A stretch of DNA of 64,000 bases, taken from assembly GCA_029976065.1 (NCBI GenBank), contig JARKNV010000063.1, forward strand, positions 6,600-70,599, written 5' to 3'. The translations under genes were made by a program, and so were the position numbers. This document shows, piece by piece, positions 31,125-40,883 of the stretch. The notes below the pieces were generated by a model. The model did not search any database. It was given only the letters and a program-made list of their open reading frames with translations, and was not told the origin of the DNA. This DNA comes from Selenomonadales bacterium (GTDB lineage: Bacteria; Bacillota; Negativicutes; Sporomusales; UBA7701). Position 1 is the stretch's first letter. Each line of letters opens with the position of its first letter.

Positions 31125-31553
31125 TTACTTGAGCCTGCGCTCGATGGCTTTCATTCGCTCCTGGGCTTTCTTCAGCATCTGCTCGCGGTTGACGACGACC
31201 CGCTCGTGCTTGCCGCTGCCGATCGCCCCCAGTTCGTCGCAGGCGGTGATGTCGAAAAAGAGCCTGTTGCCGTCCATTTCCCGCAGGACCGCCTTGACGG
31301 TGACCGTCATGCCGGTGCCGGTGGGAGCTTCGTGGGTGAATTCCATGTGGCGCCCGACGGTGATGAAGCCCTCGGGGAGGCGCTTTTCCGCCGCCCTGAC
31401 GGCTGCGCCGATCATCATGTCCACATAGGCCGGCGTGGCGAGCAGGCAGGCCAGGGCGCCGCTGCCGTGGTGAACGGCGGTGTCGGCGTCGTGGACGGTT
31501 CTTTGGACGACCGCCTCAATGCCTGGTGCAAGATAATCGTTCAGGTTGATCAT
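31125..31553 (-). CDS. Hot-dog fold thioesterase (FlK-like)
   Basis: DTA..HGSG..LLATP, TVG....TH.APT..G, IGSGKHERVVV. Confidence 0.88.
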   Translation of the reverse strand: MINLNDYLAPGIEAVVQRTVHDADTAVHHGSGALACLLATPAYVDMMIGAAVRAAEKRLPEGFITVGRHMEFTHEAPTGTGMTVTVKAVLREMDGNRLFFDITACDELGAIGSGKHERVVVNREQMLKKAQERMKAIERRLK

Positions 31554-31761
31554 AAAAGACAGCCTCCTTATAAATATATTGAAATTTCAGACTAATACTC
31601 TTCAATTATACCACATCGCGGCCCGGGCGGATATAAATACCGCGGCGTTATCGCGGGGGCCGGCGCGGTTTTGCGGCGATTGAATTTTCCGGTTATTGGT
31701 ACTATAATGATTTCGGTATCGTTCGCCGGTATTTGCGATATAAGTGCCAGGAGGGAAACGG

Positions 31762-32106
31762 ATGGACTATCAGCCGACAACCGTTTTTATCACCGGGGTG
31801 GCGAAACCGGCCAAGGATGACCCGATCGCCGACGATTACCAGGTTTTTTTCCTCAGCCTCGTCGTTGACCGGGAAACGGACGTGATCGTGGACGCGACCT
31901 GCAATACCGCCCGGGAGATGACCAAGGACTTTATCCGCTGCCTGCTGGTCGGCCGCAGCCTGACGGCAGGGATAGAGGAGATGGTGGCCGATATCCGCGG
32001 CCGCTTTTACGGTCTGGCGCAGAAGCCGCTGATCGTGGCCCTGAAGGATGCCGGCAACCGCTATTCGGTGGTGAAGAGAGCGGCCCAGGCGAAAATTAGT
32101 TGTTAG
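31762..32106 (+). CDS. DUF3870 family protein
   Basis: TVFITG.AK...PI...Y, VIVDATC, RFYGLAQK.L.VALKDA; GGAGG RBS. Confidence 0.8.
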   Translation: MDYQPTTVFITGVAKPAKDDPIADDYQVFFLSLVVDRETDVIVDATCNTAREMTKDFIRCLLVGRSLTAGIEEMVADIRGRFYGLAQKPLIVALKDAGNRYSVVKRAAQAKISC

Positions 32107-32156
32107 ATTATTCTTGAAATGGTATAATGGGGATAAGGGAATTTAAGTTTTATTTA

Positions 32157-32239
32157 TTGGTTGATGGACCGCTCCGTTCATCTACCGAGATAGATAAGAC
32201 CAACCGGCAGGTGCGCCTGCTGTTTGGTCTTTTGTTTTT
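32157..32239 (+). promoter_or_regulatory. Leader attenuator A (GlpP-type terminator/antiterminator)
   Basis: Downstream of TGgTATAAT (32120-32128); stem AAGACCAA-c-CGGCAGG-tgcg-CCTGCTG-t-TTGGTCTT plus T-run; upstream TTGGTT can alternatively pair with GACCAA. Confidence 0.6.
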
Positions 32240-32315
32240 GGGACCGGCGGCGCAGCCGCGCACTGCGGCAGCAAGGCCGGCAGGCAAAAAATAATTTGCA
32301 AGGGAGAGAAAATGA

Positions 32316-33314
32316 ATGGCGAAGAAAATCAGGGTCGTGCAAATGGGTCTGGGTCCGATCGGCAACAAGGTGACGGTTTTTCTGGCCGATAAGGCCGGCG
32401 TCGAGATCGTGGGAGCGATTGACGCCGATCCGGCGAAAGCCGGCCAGGATATCGGCGTGCTGGCCGGCCTGCCGGCGCTTGGCGTGAAGGTGAGCGCCGA
32501 CATGCAGGCCGTGCTGGGCGGCAAGGAGGTCGATGCCGTCATTCTGACGACGACCTCCAGCCTGGTGAAGACCGCCGACCAGTTGGCGGCCCTTCTGCCG
32601 TACGGGGTGAACGTGATTTCCTCCTGCGAGGAGCTGAGCTACCCGTGGCTGACGAACCCTGCCCTGGCGGCGAAGATCGACAAGCTGGCCAGGGAAAATA
32701 ATGTGTCGGTGCTGGCCACCGGGGTGAACCCCGGCTTCCTGATGGATTTCCTGCCGGTGGTGATGACCGGGGTGTGCCGCAACGTCCGCAAGGTTACGGT
32801 GGAACGCATCCAGGACGCGACTTTCCGGCGGATACCTTTCCAGAAGAAAATCGGCGCCGGCCTCACGGTGGCGCAGTTCCACGACAGGGTCAAGGACGGC
32901 ACGCTCCGCCACGTCGGCCTGACGGAGTCGATGCATATGATCGCCGCCTGCCTGGGCTGGAAGCTGGACAAGACCGAGGACATCATTTCGCCGATCGTCG
33001 CCGAGCACGAGGTGAAGACCGAGGGGCTGACGGTGAAGGCCGGCGACGTGCTGGGCGTGCAGCAGATCGGCCGCGGCCTGGCCGGCGGCGAGGAGTTGGT
33101 GACGATGATTTTCCGCGCCGCCATCGGCCAGCCGGACGTCAGGGACCGGATCGTGATCGACGGCACGCCGTCGCTGGATTCGTCCTTCAAGGGCGGCGTC
33201 AACGGCGACGTGGCCACGTGCGCCATTCTCATCAACGCCATCCCGGCGGTCGTCGAAGCTCCGCCGGGGCTGCGGACGATGGTGGACACCCGGCCGCCGC
33301 ATTGCTTCAAATAA
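32316..33314 (+). CDS. NAD(P)-dependent dehydrogenase, 2,4-diaminopentanoate dehydrogenase (Ord)/amine dehydrogenase-like
   Basis: GLGPIG Rossmann, NVISSCEELSYP, LATGVNPGFLMD, FQKKIGAG, HVGLTES, GDVATCA. Confidence 0.85.
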   Translation: MAKKIRVVQMGLGPIGNKVTVFLADKAGVEIVGAIDADPAKAGQDIGVLAGLPALGVKVSADMQAVLGGKEVDAVILTTTSSLVKTADQLAALLPYGVNVISSCEELSYPWLTNPALAAKIDKLARENNVSVLATGVNPGFLMDFLPVVMTGVCRNVRKVTVERIQDATFRRIPFQKKIGAGLTVAQFHDRVKDGTLRHVGLTESMHMIAACLGWKLDKTEDIISPIVAEHEVKTEGLTVKAGDVLGVQQIGRGLAGGEELVTMIFRAAIGQPDVRDRIVIDGTPSLDSSFKGGVNGDVATCAILINAIPAVVEAPPGLRTMVDTRPPHCFK

Positions 33315-33327
33315 CAGCTGACAGCGC

Positions 33328-33364
33328 AGCCCACTCCCGTCGCCGTACGGGGGTGGGCTTATTT
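33328..33364 (+). terminator. Terminator after the dehydrogenase gene
   Basis: AGCCCACTCCCGT-cgccgt-ACGGGGGTGGGCTTATTT. Confidence 0.7.
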
Positions 33365-33476
33365 CATCCCCAGGCCGTGAAGGGCCGAAAAAGTTTTTTT
33401 CGGCTGCCGGCAGGAATGTCAAAAGATATATGGAAGTTATTGGGGAAAGCACGAGAAGGTTTCTAAACAGCATAAG

Positions 33477-33551
33477 TGGACTGGAGTAAAAAGAGAGTCC
33501 GAATTACACCCTGGCAACTTACCCCCGGGCGTAATTTGGATTTTGTTTTTT
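33477..33551 (+). promoter_or_regulatory. Leader attenuator B upstream of glpP
   Basis: TGGACT...GAGAGTCCGAATTAC...GTAATTTGGATTTTGTTTTT; the upstream GGACT can sequester AGTCC. Confidence 0.75.
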
Positions 33552-33604
33552 AATTCCATTCCCTCCCCTATTTCGACGGTTTCAGACAAGCGCGGGAGAA
33601 GGAG

Positions 33605-34189
33605 GTGGCAGCGGTGTACCGAAATATTATCAAGCTGATCTGCGACGGCCCGGTGATTCCGGCGGTGCGCAACCAGGAGGATTTCAGCTATGCCCTGGCG
33701 CATGTCTCTTCGCCCAGCATCATTTTGTTGTTCGGCGATATCTTCACCCTGCCGGGGCTGCTGGAAAAGGCCAAACAGGCGAATAAACTGTTAATCGTCC
33801 ACATAGACCTGATCGAGGGGATCGGCAAGGATAAGATCGGCGTCAAGTACCTTGCCCTGTCCGGAGTGAGGGCGATTATCACGACCAAGCCCTACCTCGG
33901 CAGGATCGCGCGCGAGGAAAAGATGATCGTTATTCAACGCTTGTTTCTTATGGACTCCGAGGCGCTGAGGACGGGCATCCACCTGCTGTCGACCTTCCGG
34001 CCCGACGCGATCGAGGTGCTGCCGGGAACGGTGCCGGTGACGGCCGTGTCGGAGTTGACGCGGGTGAGCGGCCTGCCTATCCTGGCGGGCGGACTGATCA
34101 GCACCGCCGAGGACGTGAAACGGGCGATCGGCAACGGCATCCGGGCGATAAGCACCAGCAAGCGCGAACTGTGGCGCTTGATCTCGTAG
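33605..34189 (+). CDS. glpP: Glycerol-3-phosphate-responsive antiterminator
   Basis: PVIPAVR, HIDLIEG, IITTK, IQRLFLMDS, EVLPG, AGGLI, ISTS. Confidence 0.94.
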   Translation: MAAVYRNIIKLICDGPVIPAVRNQEDFSYALAHVSSPSIILLFGDIFTLPGLLEKAKQANKLLIVHIDLIEGIGKDKIGVKYLALSGVRAIITTKPYLGRIAREEKMIVIQRLFLMDSEALRTGIHLLSTFRPDAIEVLPGTVPVTAVSELTRVSGLPILAGGLISTAEDVKRAIGNGIRAISTSKRELWRLIS

Positions 34190-34215
34190 GCTGCGCTGCC
34201 GCGCAACTGAATAAC

Positions 34216-34294
34216 TGACGGACTAGAGTTTTGAGAGACGTCCAAATTGTTCCCGGCCACATCGTGACCGGGCCCAGTTTGGATGTTTTCTTTT
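34216..34294 (+). promoter_or_regulatory. Leader attenuator C upstream of the oxidoreductase operon
   Basis: GGACT...GAGAGACGTCCAAATTG...CAGTTTGGATGTTTTCTTTT; same architecture as leader B. Confidence 0.75.
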
Positions 34295-34377
34295 GGGGGT
34301 GGTGTTTGCAGGCCGAAAAAGAATTGCCCGGTACTGGCCGGACAACGACAGATTATGTGATGGCATGAGGTGATAAC

Positions 34378-35853
34378 TTGCCCAACATCAGAAAAGCGGA
34401 TGTGGTCATCGTCGGCGGCGGGATCGTCGGCGCGGCCGCCGCCAGGGAGCTGGCGAAATATAATCTCGACGTCGTCTTGCTGGAAAAGCACCCTGATCTG
34501 GCCATGGGAACGACCAAGGCCAACAGCGCTATCCTGCACGCCGGTTTCGACGCGCCGCCAGGCAGCCTCAAGGCGCTCCTCAACGTGCGCGGCAACGAAC
34601 TGTTCCGCAAGCTGCAAGCCGACCTCGGCCTGGAGATCAGGCTTACCGGTTCGCTGGTAGTGGCCACCAGCGACGAGGAACTGGCCGCGCTCGGCGAGCT
34701 GCTCAAACGCGGCACCCTGAACGGCGTGCCCGGCCTGAAGATGCTTTCCCGGGAAGAGGTTCTCGCGCTGGAACCGAATTTGACCGAAAAGACGCTCGGC
34801 GCCCTGCTGGCCCCGACCGGCGGCGTGATGTCGCCGTTCGGCGCGGCGCTGGCCCTGGCCGAAAACGCCGTCCGCAACGGGGTGACGGTGCTGCGGGATT
34901 GCCCGGTAACGGCCTTCGAAGTCGCCGGCGGCCGGGTAACGGGGGTGCGGACGCCGCAGGGCTTTATCGCCGCGAAGTTCGTCGTCAACGCGGCCGGGCT
35001 GGCGTCCGACGCCGTCAGCCGGCTGGCGGGCGACGACAGTTTCAGCATTTCGCCCCGCAAGGGCGAGTATGTGCTGTTTGACAAGCAGGCCAGCAGTTTG
35101 GTCTCGACGGTCGTTTTTCCGACCCCCACGAAGATTTCCAAAGGCATTCTCGTGTCGCCGACTTTCCACGGCAATATGTTCATCGGCCCGAACGCCATGG
35201 ATTGCTGTGACGCGACCGATACGGAGACGACGGCCGCCGGCCTGGCGGAAATCATTTCCGGCGCCGCGCGGCTGGTGCCGAGCATCCCCTTGAACGCGTC
35301 GATCACGCAGTTCGCCGGCCTGCGGGCCGTCGGCAGCGGCGGCGATTTTATCGTCGGCCCGTCGCCGGCGGTGGGCGGGCTGGTCCACGCCGCCGGCATC
35401 CAGTCGCCGGGGCTGACGGCGGCGCCGGCTATTGCCGAACGGCTGGCGGCGGTGCTGGGCGAGCTTGGCCTGGCGATGACCCCCAAGAGGAGCTTCGACC
35501 CGCAGAACCCGCCGCGGATAGTTTTCAACGCGCTTCCCGCCGCCGAGCAGGAGGAGCTTGTCTGCGAAAATCCGCTGTTCGGGAGGGTGATTTGCCGCTG
35601 CGAGACGATCACGGAAGGGGAGATCGTCGCGGCGATCCATAGCCCCTGCGGCGCCCGGACGATCGACGGCGTGAAACGGCGGACACGGGCCGGCATGGGG
35701 CGCTGCCAGGGCGGCTTCTGCGGGCCGCGGGTGACGGCGATCCTGGCCCGGGAGCTCAAGATCCCGATAACGGGCGTGCGCAAGGACACCGCCGCGTCGT
35801 ACCTGTTCTTCGCTAAAATTCCCGGCGTCTGCGAGGTGAACGGCAATGCTTGA
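34378..35853 (+). CDS. FAD-dependent oxidoreductase with C-terminal BFD-like [2Fe-2S] motif (G3P dehydrogenase/LhgO-like)
   Basis: IVGGGIVG, TKANSAILHAGFD, IQSPGLTAAPA, CRCE, GMGRCQGGFC. Confidence 0.9.
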   Translation: MPNIRKADVVIVGGGIVGAAAARELAKYNLDVVLLEKHPDLAMGTTKANSAILHAGFDAPPGSLKALLNVRGNELFRKLQADLGLEIRLTGSLVVATSDEELAALGELLKRGTLNGVPGLKMLSREEVLALEPNLTEKTLGALLAPTGGVMSPFGAALALAENAVRNGVTVLRDCPVTAFEVAGGRVTGVRTPQGFIAAKFVVNAAGLASDAVSRLAGDDSFSISPRKGEYVLFDKQASSLVSTVVFPTPTKISKGILVSPTFHGNMFIGPNAMDCCDATDTETTAAGLAEIISGAARLVPSIPLNASITQFAGLRAVGSGGDFIVGPSPAVGGLVHAAGIQSPGLTAAPAIAERLAAVLGELGLAMTPKRSFDPQNPPRIVFNALPAAEQEELVCENPLFGRVICRCETITEGEIVAAIHSPCGARTIDGVKRRTRAGMGRCQGGFCGPRVTAILARELKIPITGVRKDTAASYLFFAKIPGVCEVNGNA

Positions 35854-37132
35854 ACAAGCGTACGATGTGGTGGTCATCGGCGGCGGGCCGGCCGGCCTGG
35901 CCGCGGCGGCGAGCGCCAGCGACAACGGCGCGGCGCGGGTGCTGGTCATCGAGCGCGACCGGGAGCTGGGCGGCATCCTGCAGCAGTGCATCCACAACGG
36001 CTTCGGCCTGCACCGCTTTCAGCAGGAGCTGACCGGTCCGGGGTACGCGGCGCGGTATATCAGGCTTGTGAGGGAACGGCCCACCATCGCCGTGCTGCTG
36101 GACACGATGGTGCTGGCGGTGTCGGCCGACAAGACGCTCGTGGCCGTCAACCCCCGCGACGGCCTGATGAGTATCGCCGCCGGCGCCGTCGTTTTCGCCA
36201 TGGGCTGCCGCGAACGTACCCGGGGCGCCATCCGCATCCCCGGCAGCCGTCCGGCAGGCGTGTTCACGGCCGGCGCCGCCCAGCGGATGGTCAACATGGA
36301 GGGGTATCTGCCCGGCAAGAAGATCGTTGTTCTCGGCTCGGGCGACATCGGCCTGATCATGGCCCGGCGCTTGTCGCTGGAGGGCTGCAGCGTCCGGGCG
36401 GTGCTTGAGATCATGCCGTACAGCAACGGCCTGACCCGCAACGTGGTGCAGTGCCTGGAGGATTACGACATCCCCCTGTATCTGTCCCACACCGTCGTGG
36501 CCGTCCACGGCCAGGAGCGGGTGACCGGCATCACCTGCGCCCAGGTGGACGGGAACATGAGGCCGATCGCCGGCACGGAGTTCGACCTGGAGTGCGACTG
36601 CCTGCTGCTGTCGGTGGGTCTTATCCCTGAGAACGAATTGTCCCGCGACCTGGGGATCGATATGGATGGCCTGACCGCCGGACCGGTGGTCGATCAACTG
36701 CGCCAGACGAGCCTGCCCGGCTTCTTCGCCGCCGGCAACGTGGTGCATGTCCACGACCTGGTGGATTTCGTGTCCGAGGAGGGGGAAACGGCCGGCAAAT
36801 ACGCCGCCCGCTACGCCCGCGGCCTGACGGGTGCGTCCGGCCGCCTGGCCAAGGTGGCGGCGACCGGCGGCGTGCGGACGACAGTGCCGCAGGTGGTGAG
36901 GCTGGAAAACGGCCAGACCGTCCCCGTCCGCCTGTATATGCGGGTGAGCAAGCCCGAGCGCCGGGTGGCGCTGCAGGTGACGAGCAACGGGCGGCTGCTG
37001 CTGGAACGGCAGTTGCCGGTGGCCAAGCCGGGGGAAATGGTGATCGCCGACCTCCCGGCCGACAAGTTAGCGGCAATCGGCGACGTTATCACCGTCGCCC
37101 TCCGGCGGCAAGGTGGTGAGCAGAGTGAGTAA
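35846..37132 (+). CDS. Pyridine nucleotide-disulfide family oxidoreductase
   Basis: IGGGPAG, LGGILQQCIHNGFG, GCRER, LGSGDIG, GNVVHVHDLVD. Confidence 0.9.
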   Translation: MLEQAYDVVVIGGGPAGLAAAASASDNGAARVLVIERDRELGGILQQCIHNGFGLHRFQQELTGPGYAARYIRLVRERPTIAVLLDTMVLAVSADKTLVAVNPRDGLMSIAAGAVVFAMGCRERTRGAIRIPGSRPAGVFTAGAAQRMVNMEGYLPGKKIVVLGSGDIGLIMARRLSLEGCSVRAVLEIMPYSNGLTRNVVQCLEDYDIPLYLSHTVVAVHGQERVTGITCAQVDGNMRPIAGTEFDLECDCLLLSVGLIPENELSRDLGIDMDGLTAGPVVDQLRQTSLPGFFAAGNVVHVHDLVDFVSEEGETAGKYAARYARGLTGASGRLAKVAATGGVRTTVPQVVRLENGQTVPVRLYMRVSKPERRVALQVTSNGRLLLERQLPVAKPGEMVIADLPADKLAAIGDVITVALRRQGGEQSE

Positions 37133-37526
37133 GGGAGAAGAAAAACGGCGGATCAGCTGCATCGTCTGCCCGTTGAGCTGCGTGGGCGAGGTGAGCGTCG
37201 CCGGCGGCCTGGTGACCGGGGTCGAGGGCTTTTCCTGCCCCCGCGGGCAGGCGTACGCGCGCGAGGAAGTAACCGCGCCGAAACGGATGCTGACAAGCAC
37301 CGTCAAGGTGACCGGCGGCCGGTTGCCGTTGCTGCCGGTCGTTTCCCGCCAGCCGCTGCCGAAGGACAAAATCCGGGCCTGCGCCCGCTGCCTGTCAACC
37401 GTGACCGTCGCCGCGCCGGTCACGGAAGGGGACGTGGTCGTGGCCGACATCCTCGGCCTGGGCGTGGACGTGGTCGCCAGCCGCGACTTGGAAAGCTTCC
37501 AGCCGCTGGCGGCGAGCCGGGCATAA
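37125..37526 (+). CDS. DUF1667 CxxC metal-binding protein
   Basis: CIVCP..C...G..CPRG..YA..E...P.R.LTSTV. Confidence 0.9.
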   Translation: MSKGEEKRRISCIVCPLSCVGEVSVAGGLVTGVEGFSCPRGQAYAREEVTAPKRMLTSTVKVTGGRLPLLPVVSRQPLPKDKIRACARCLSTVTVAAPVTEGDVVVADILGLGVDVVASRDLESFQPLAASRA

Positions 37527-37555
37527 GTCAAGGCGAGAAAGTGAGGCCGGCGCGT

Positions 37556-38716
37556 ATGAATACCTGCCCTGAAGCCGTCAAAAGGATGTATTTTCTCGAC
37601 AACCTGCGGGCGTTCATCATTCTCCTGGTGGTCGTTTTCCACGTCGCCCTGGGGTATACGACCTGGAAGCTCGAATGGTGGCCGGTGAACGACAGCCAGA
37701 ATAGCATCTTCTTCGACGCGTTCATACTGGCGACCGATGTATTCATCATGCCGGTCATGTTCCTGATCGCCGGCTATTTTGCGCCTCCGGCGTTGCTGAG
37801 GAAGGGAGCGGCCGCGTTCTGGCGCGACAAGCTGGGACGCATCGTCCTGCCGTGGGTCGGGGGGACGCTGCTGATCGCGCCTTTCATTTCCTACAGCAGT
37901 TTCTTCAGCCGCATGGATAACCCCCCTCCTTTTCTGGCTTTCTGGGGAAACGAATTTTTCGGCCGGTTCTACCAGCAGGCCCATTACTGGTTCCTGGGCA
38001 TCCTCGCCCTGTTTTTCCTGCTGTTCACCATCGCCGCCGCGGCGAGGCCGGCCTATTTCAACAGGCCGCCGGCGGCGTCCTCCCCTCCGCCTCCCTTCTT
38101 CCCGCTGTTCTGCCTGCTGACGGCGGCGCCGTTCTTCGCGGCTTATCTGTTCTTCGGGGCGGACGAGTGGGTGAACGCCAAGTATCTGTTCATGATTCAG
38201 CCGGTGCGGGTCGGGCTGTATCTCTGCTACTTCGCCCTGGGGGTGCATGCCTGGAAAAACGCCTGGTTCACCGCCGGCGGCTATCAGCCCGGCCTGCTCG
38301 GGTGGGGGCCGGCCGCCGTCCTGATGCTGGTCGTCTTTCTGGCGTACCGGCTGGCCTTCACCCTGACGCCCACCATCTCCGTCCTGGCCAAAGCCGGCCA
38401 TGCCCTCGTCTTCGCCGCTTTCTCGCTGACCGCCGCCCTGGCCCTCATCGCCTTGTTCGCGCGCTTCGCCGACAGCGGCGCTTATCTGTGGCGCCGGCTG
38501 GCGGCCAATTCGTACGTCATCTACTTCATCCACCAGTGCGTGATCATCCCGTTGGCCTACCTGGTGCAAAAATCGCCGGTGAACATCTGGACGAAATATT
38601 TTGCGGTGGCGGCCTGCGCGGTGATGCTGTGCTTCCTGCTCGCCGAATACCTCATCGGCCCCGTTCTGGCGCAGGCGGGAAAGCGGCGCGCCGCCTTCCC
38701 GGCTTGGCCGCGCTAG
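37556..38716 (+). CDS. Acyltransferase-3 family membrane protein (OpgC-like)
   Basis: FLDNLR....LVVVFH, FIMPVMFLIAGYF, HYWFL, SYVIYFIH. Confidence 0.9.
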   Translation: MNTCPEAVKRMYFLDNLRAFIILLVVVFHVALGYTTWKLEWWPVNDSQNSIFFDAFILATDVFIMPVMFLIAGYFAPPALLRKGAAAFWRDKLGRIVLPWVGGTLLIAPFISYSSFFSRMDNPPPFLAFWGNEFFGRFYQQAHYWFLGILALFFLLFTIAAAARPAYFNRPPAASSPPPPFFPLFCLLTAAPFFAAYLFFGADEWVNAKYLFMIQPVRVGLYLCYFALGVHAWKNAWFTAGGYQPGLLGWGPAAVLMLVVFLAYRLAFTLTPTISVLAKAGHALVFAAFSLTAALALIALFARFADSGAYLWRRLAANSYVIYFIHQCVIIPLAYLVQKSPVNIWTKYFAVAACAVMLCFLLAEYLIGPVLAQAGKRRAAFPAWPR

Positions 38717-38737
38717 CTCCGCGATTACAACAACCGC

Positions 38738-38785
38738 AAAACGCCCCGCACCGGCAGGTTCTGCCGGTACGGGGCGTTCGGTTTT
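38738..38785. terminator. Bidirectional terminator
   Basis: Long stem AACGCCCCG.ACCGGCAG/CTGCCGGT.CGGGGCGTT between convergent genes. Confidence 0.75.
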
Positions 38786-38805
38786 ACGGCGGCGCGAGGT
38801 ATATC

Positions 38806-40794
38806 TTATGCCTGTTCGCCAGCATTCTTGCGTCCGGCGGGCAGACGCTGCTGAAAGAACATGATGGCCAGGATGACGGCGCCGGCGATCTCCCATTCCA
38901 TGCGGGGCGAAACCAGAGCGAGACCTGCCAGGAGAAGCAGCAACCGCTCCCACCAGACGCAGGGACGGCGGAAGTAAGCGGTGGTACAGGAGCCGATGGC
39001 GTAGATGCCGAGGAAGGTCGTCAGCAATCCCTCTAGGAAGCTGGGCAGGGAGAACTGGATCCACAGCAGCGAGGGGAACATTACGAAGATGTAGGGGACG
39101 ATGTAGGCGCCGTAGCCGAGTTTGAAAGCCTCGAAGCCGGTGCGGAAAGGATCGGATTTGGCGATGCCGGAGGCGGCGAAGGCGGCCAGGGCCACGGGCG
39201 GGGTTATATCGGCGATGATGCCGAAGTAGAAGACGAACAGGTGAGCCGCCAGCGGGGGGATGCCAACCTGGATGAGCGCCGGAGCGGAGATGGTCGACTG
39301 AATGATGTAGTTGGCGGTTGTCGGTACGCCCATGCCGAGGATGAGGGAGCTGATCATGGTGAAGATGAGGGTGAGGTAGACGCTACCGCCGGCAAGGGCC
39401 ACGATGCCGCCGGCCATTTTGAGGCCCAGGCCGGAGAGAGTGATGACGCCGACGATGATGCCGGCGGTGGCGCAGGCCACGACAACCGGCAGGGCGGAAC
39501 GGGCACCGTCCTCGATGCCTTGGATGAAGTCTTTCAGGCTCATTCGCGTTTCGGCGTGAAGGAAGGAAACAGCGATGATTGTTAGCAGGCCGAGGAGGGC
39601 GGCGAGCATCGGCGTAAACCCGTAGGTCAGGAAGGCCACGATGGCGACGATGGGCAATGCGAGCGTCCAGCGTTTTCTGAGCAGGGAGCGCCAATCAGGC
39701 AGCATTTCCTTGGGCATGCCGTGCAGGCCGGTACGTTTGGCTTCGAGGTGGACGGAGATGTAGACGCCGGTGAAGTAGAAAATTGCCGGAACGGAAGCCG
39801 CCAGGGCGATCTGGATGTAGGGAACGTTGAGGAATTCGGTCATGACGAAGGCGGCCGCCCCCATGATGGGGGGCATGAGTTGGCCGCCGGTGGAAGCGCA
39901 CGCTTCGACGGCGCCGGCGAATTCCCGCCGGTAGCCGATACTTTTCATCAGGGGAATGGTGACCGATCCGGTGCCGACGACATTGGCAACCGAGCTGCCG
40001 GATATCGTTCCCTGCAGGGCGCTGGCGATGACCGCCGCCTTGGCAGGGCCGCCGACCGCTCCGCCGGTGATGCCGACGGCGACGTTGGTCATCCAGTCGC
40101 CGATGCCGGATCTTTTCAGGAAGGAGGCAAAAAGCATGAAGAGGAAAATGAAGGTCGAGGAAACGTCGATGGGAATGCCGAGGATGCCCTCAGTGCTCAG
40201 CCACTGGAAGGTGACGATGCGTTCGACGGTGAAGCCCGGGTGGGCGAGGAAGCCGGGGAGTTCGGGGCCGATGTAGGCGTAAACGAGGAAGATGGTGGCC
40301 AGCGAGGTGATAACGACGCCGGCGACGCGCCGGCTGGCTTCGAGGATGAGGAGGACGGCGGCCAGCGACACGGCGAAGTCGAGGCGATCATAGTTACCGG
40401 CCTTGTTGATGATGTCTTCGTAAAAAACGACGTGGTAGAGAGCTACGCCGGCGGACAGCAAGACAAGAATGAGGTCGTTCCAGGGGACTGTCTCACTTTT
40501 GCGTTTGCGGCTGACGGCGTAGAGAATGTAGATGAGGACGAGGGCGAAGCCGACGTGGGGCGCCCGCTGGAGGGTGGACGGGAATACGCCGAAGGCGGCG
40601 GTGTATAGCTGGCCAAATGACCAGATAACGCAGATGACGGTGATGAGGTGCGGCCAATACCCTTTCAGCTTGCGGAAGCTGAATTCGGGATCGTATTTGG
40701 CGAGAATGGTTTCGGCCTCCCGTTCGGCGGCCTTATCGGGAACTATCACGGCTTCGGCACGTTTGTTGTCGATGTCGTCTTTTTTGTACGCCAT
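38806..40794 (-). CDS. TRAP transporter fused 4TM/12TM permease
   Basis: GGPAKAAV, SGSSVANV, ASTGGQLMPPIMGAAAF, GMGVPTTANY, ITPPVALAAFA. Confidence 0.95.
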   Translation of the reverse strand: MAYKKDDIDNKRAEAVIVPDKAAEREAETILAKYDPEFSFRKLKGYWPHLITVICVIWSFGQLYTAAFGVFPSTLQRAPHVGFALVLIYILYAVSRKRKSETVPWNDLILVLLSAGVALYHVVFYEDIINKAGNYDRLDFAVSLAAVLLILEASRRVAGVVITSLATIFLVYAYIGPELPGFLAHPGFTVERIVTFQWLSTEGILGIPIDVSSTFIFLFMLFASFLKRSGIGDWMTNVAVGITGGAVGGPAKAAVIASALQGTISGSSVANVVGTGSVTIPLMKSIGYRREFAGAVEACASTGGQLMPPIMGAAAFVMTEFLNVPYIQIALAASVPAIFYFTGVYISVHLEAKRTGLHGMPKEMLPDWRSLLRKRWTLALPIVAIVAFLTYGFTPMLAALLGLLTIIAVSFLHAETRMSLKDFIQGIEDGARSALPVVVACATAGIIVGVITLSGLGLKMAGGIVALAGGSVYLTLIFTMISSLILGMGVPTTANYIIQSTISAPALIQVGIPPLAAHLFVFYFGIIADITPPVALAAFAASGIAKSDPFRTGFEAFKLGYGAYIVPYIFVMFPSLLWIQFSLPSFLEGLLTTFLGIYAIGSCTTAYFRRPCVWWERLLLLLAGLALVSPRMEWEIAGAVILAIMFFQQRLPAGRKNAGEQA

Positions 40795-40883
40795 ATTATC
40801 CTCCCTCGGCGAGGGTGTTTATTATCTTGTCGGGGAAAAGGGGGAAGCCCAGCTCCGGCCCGGCTTCCCCCTTCGGGGAGGGG

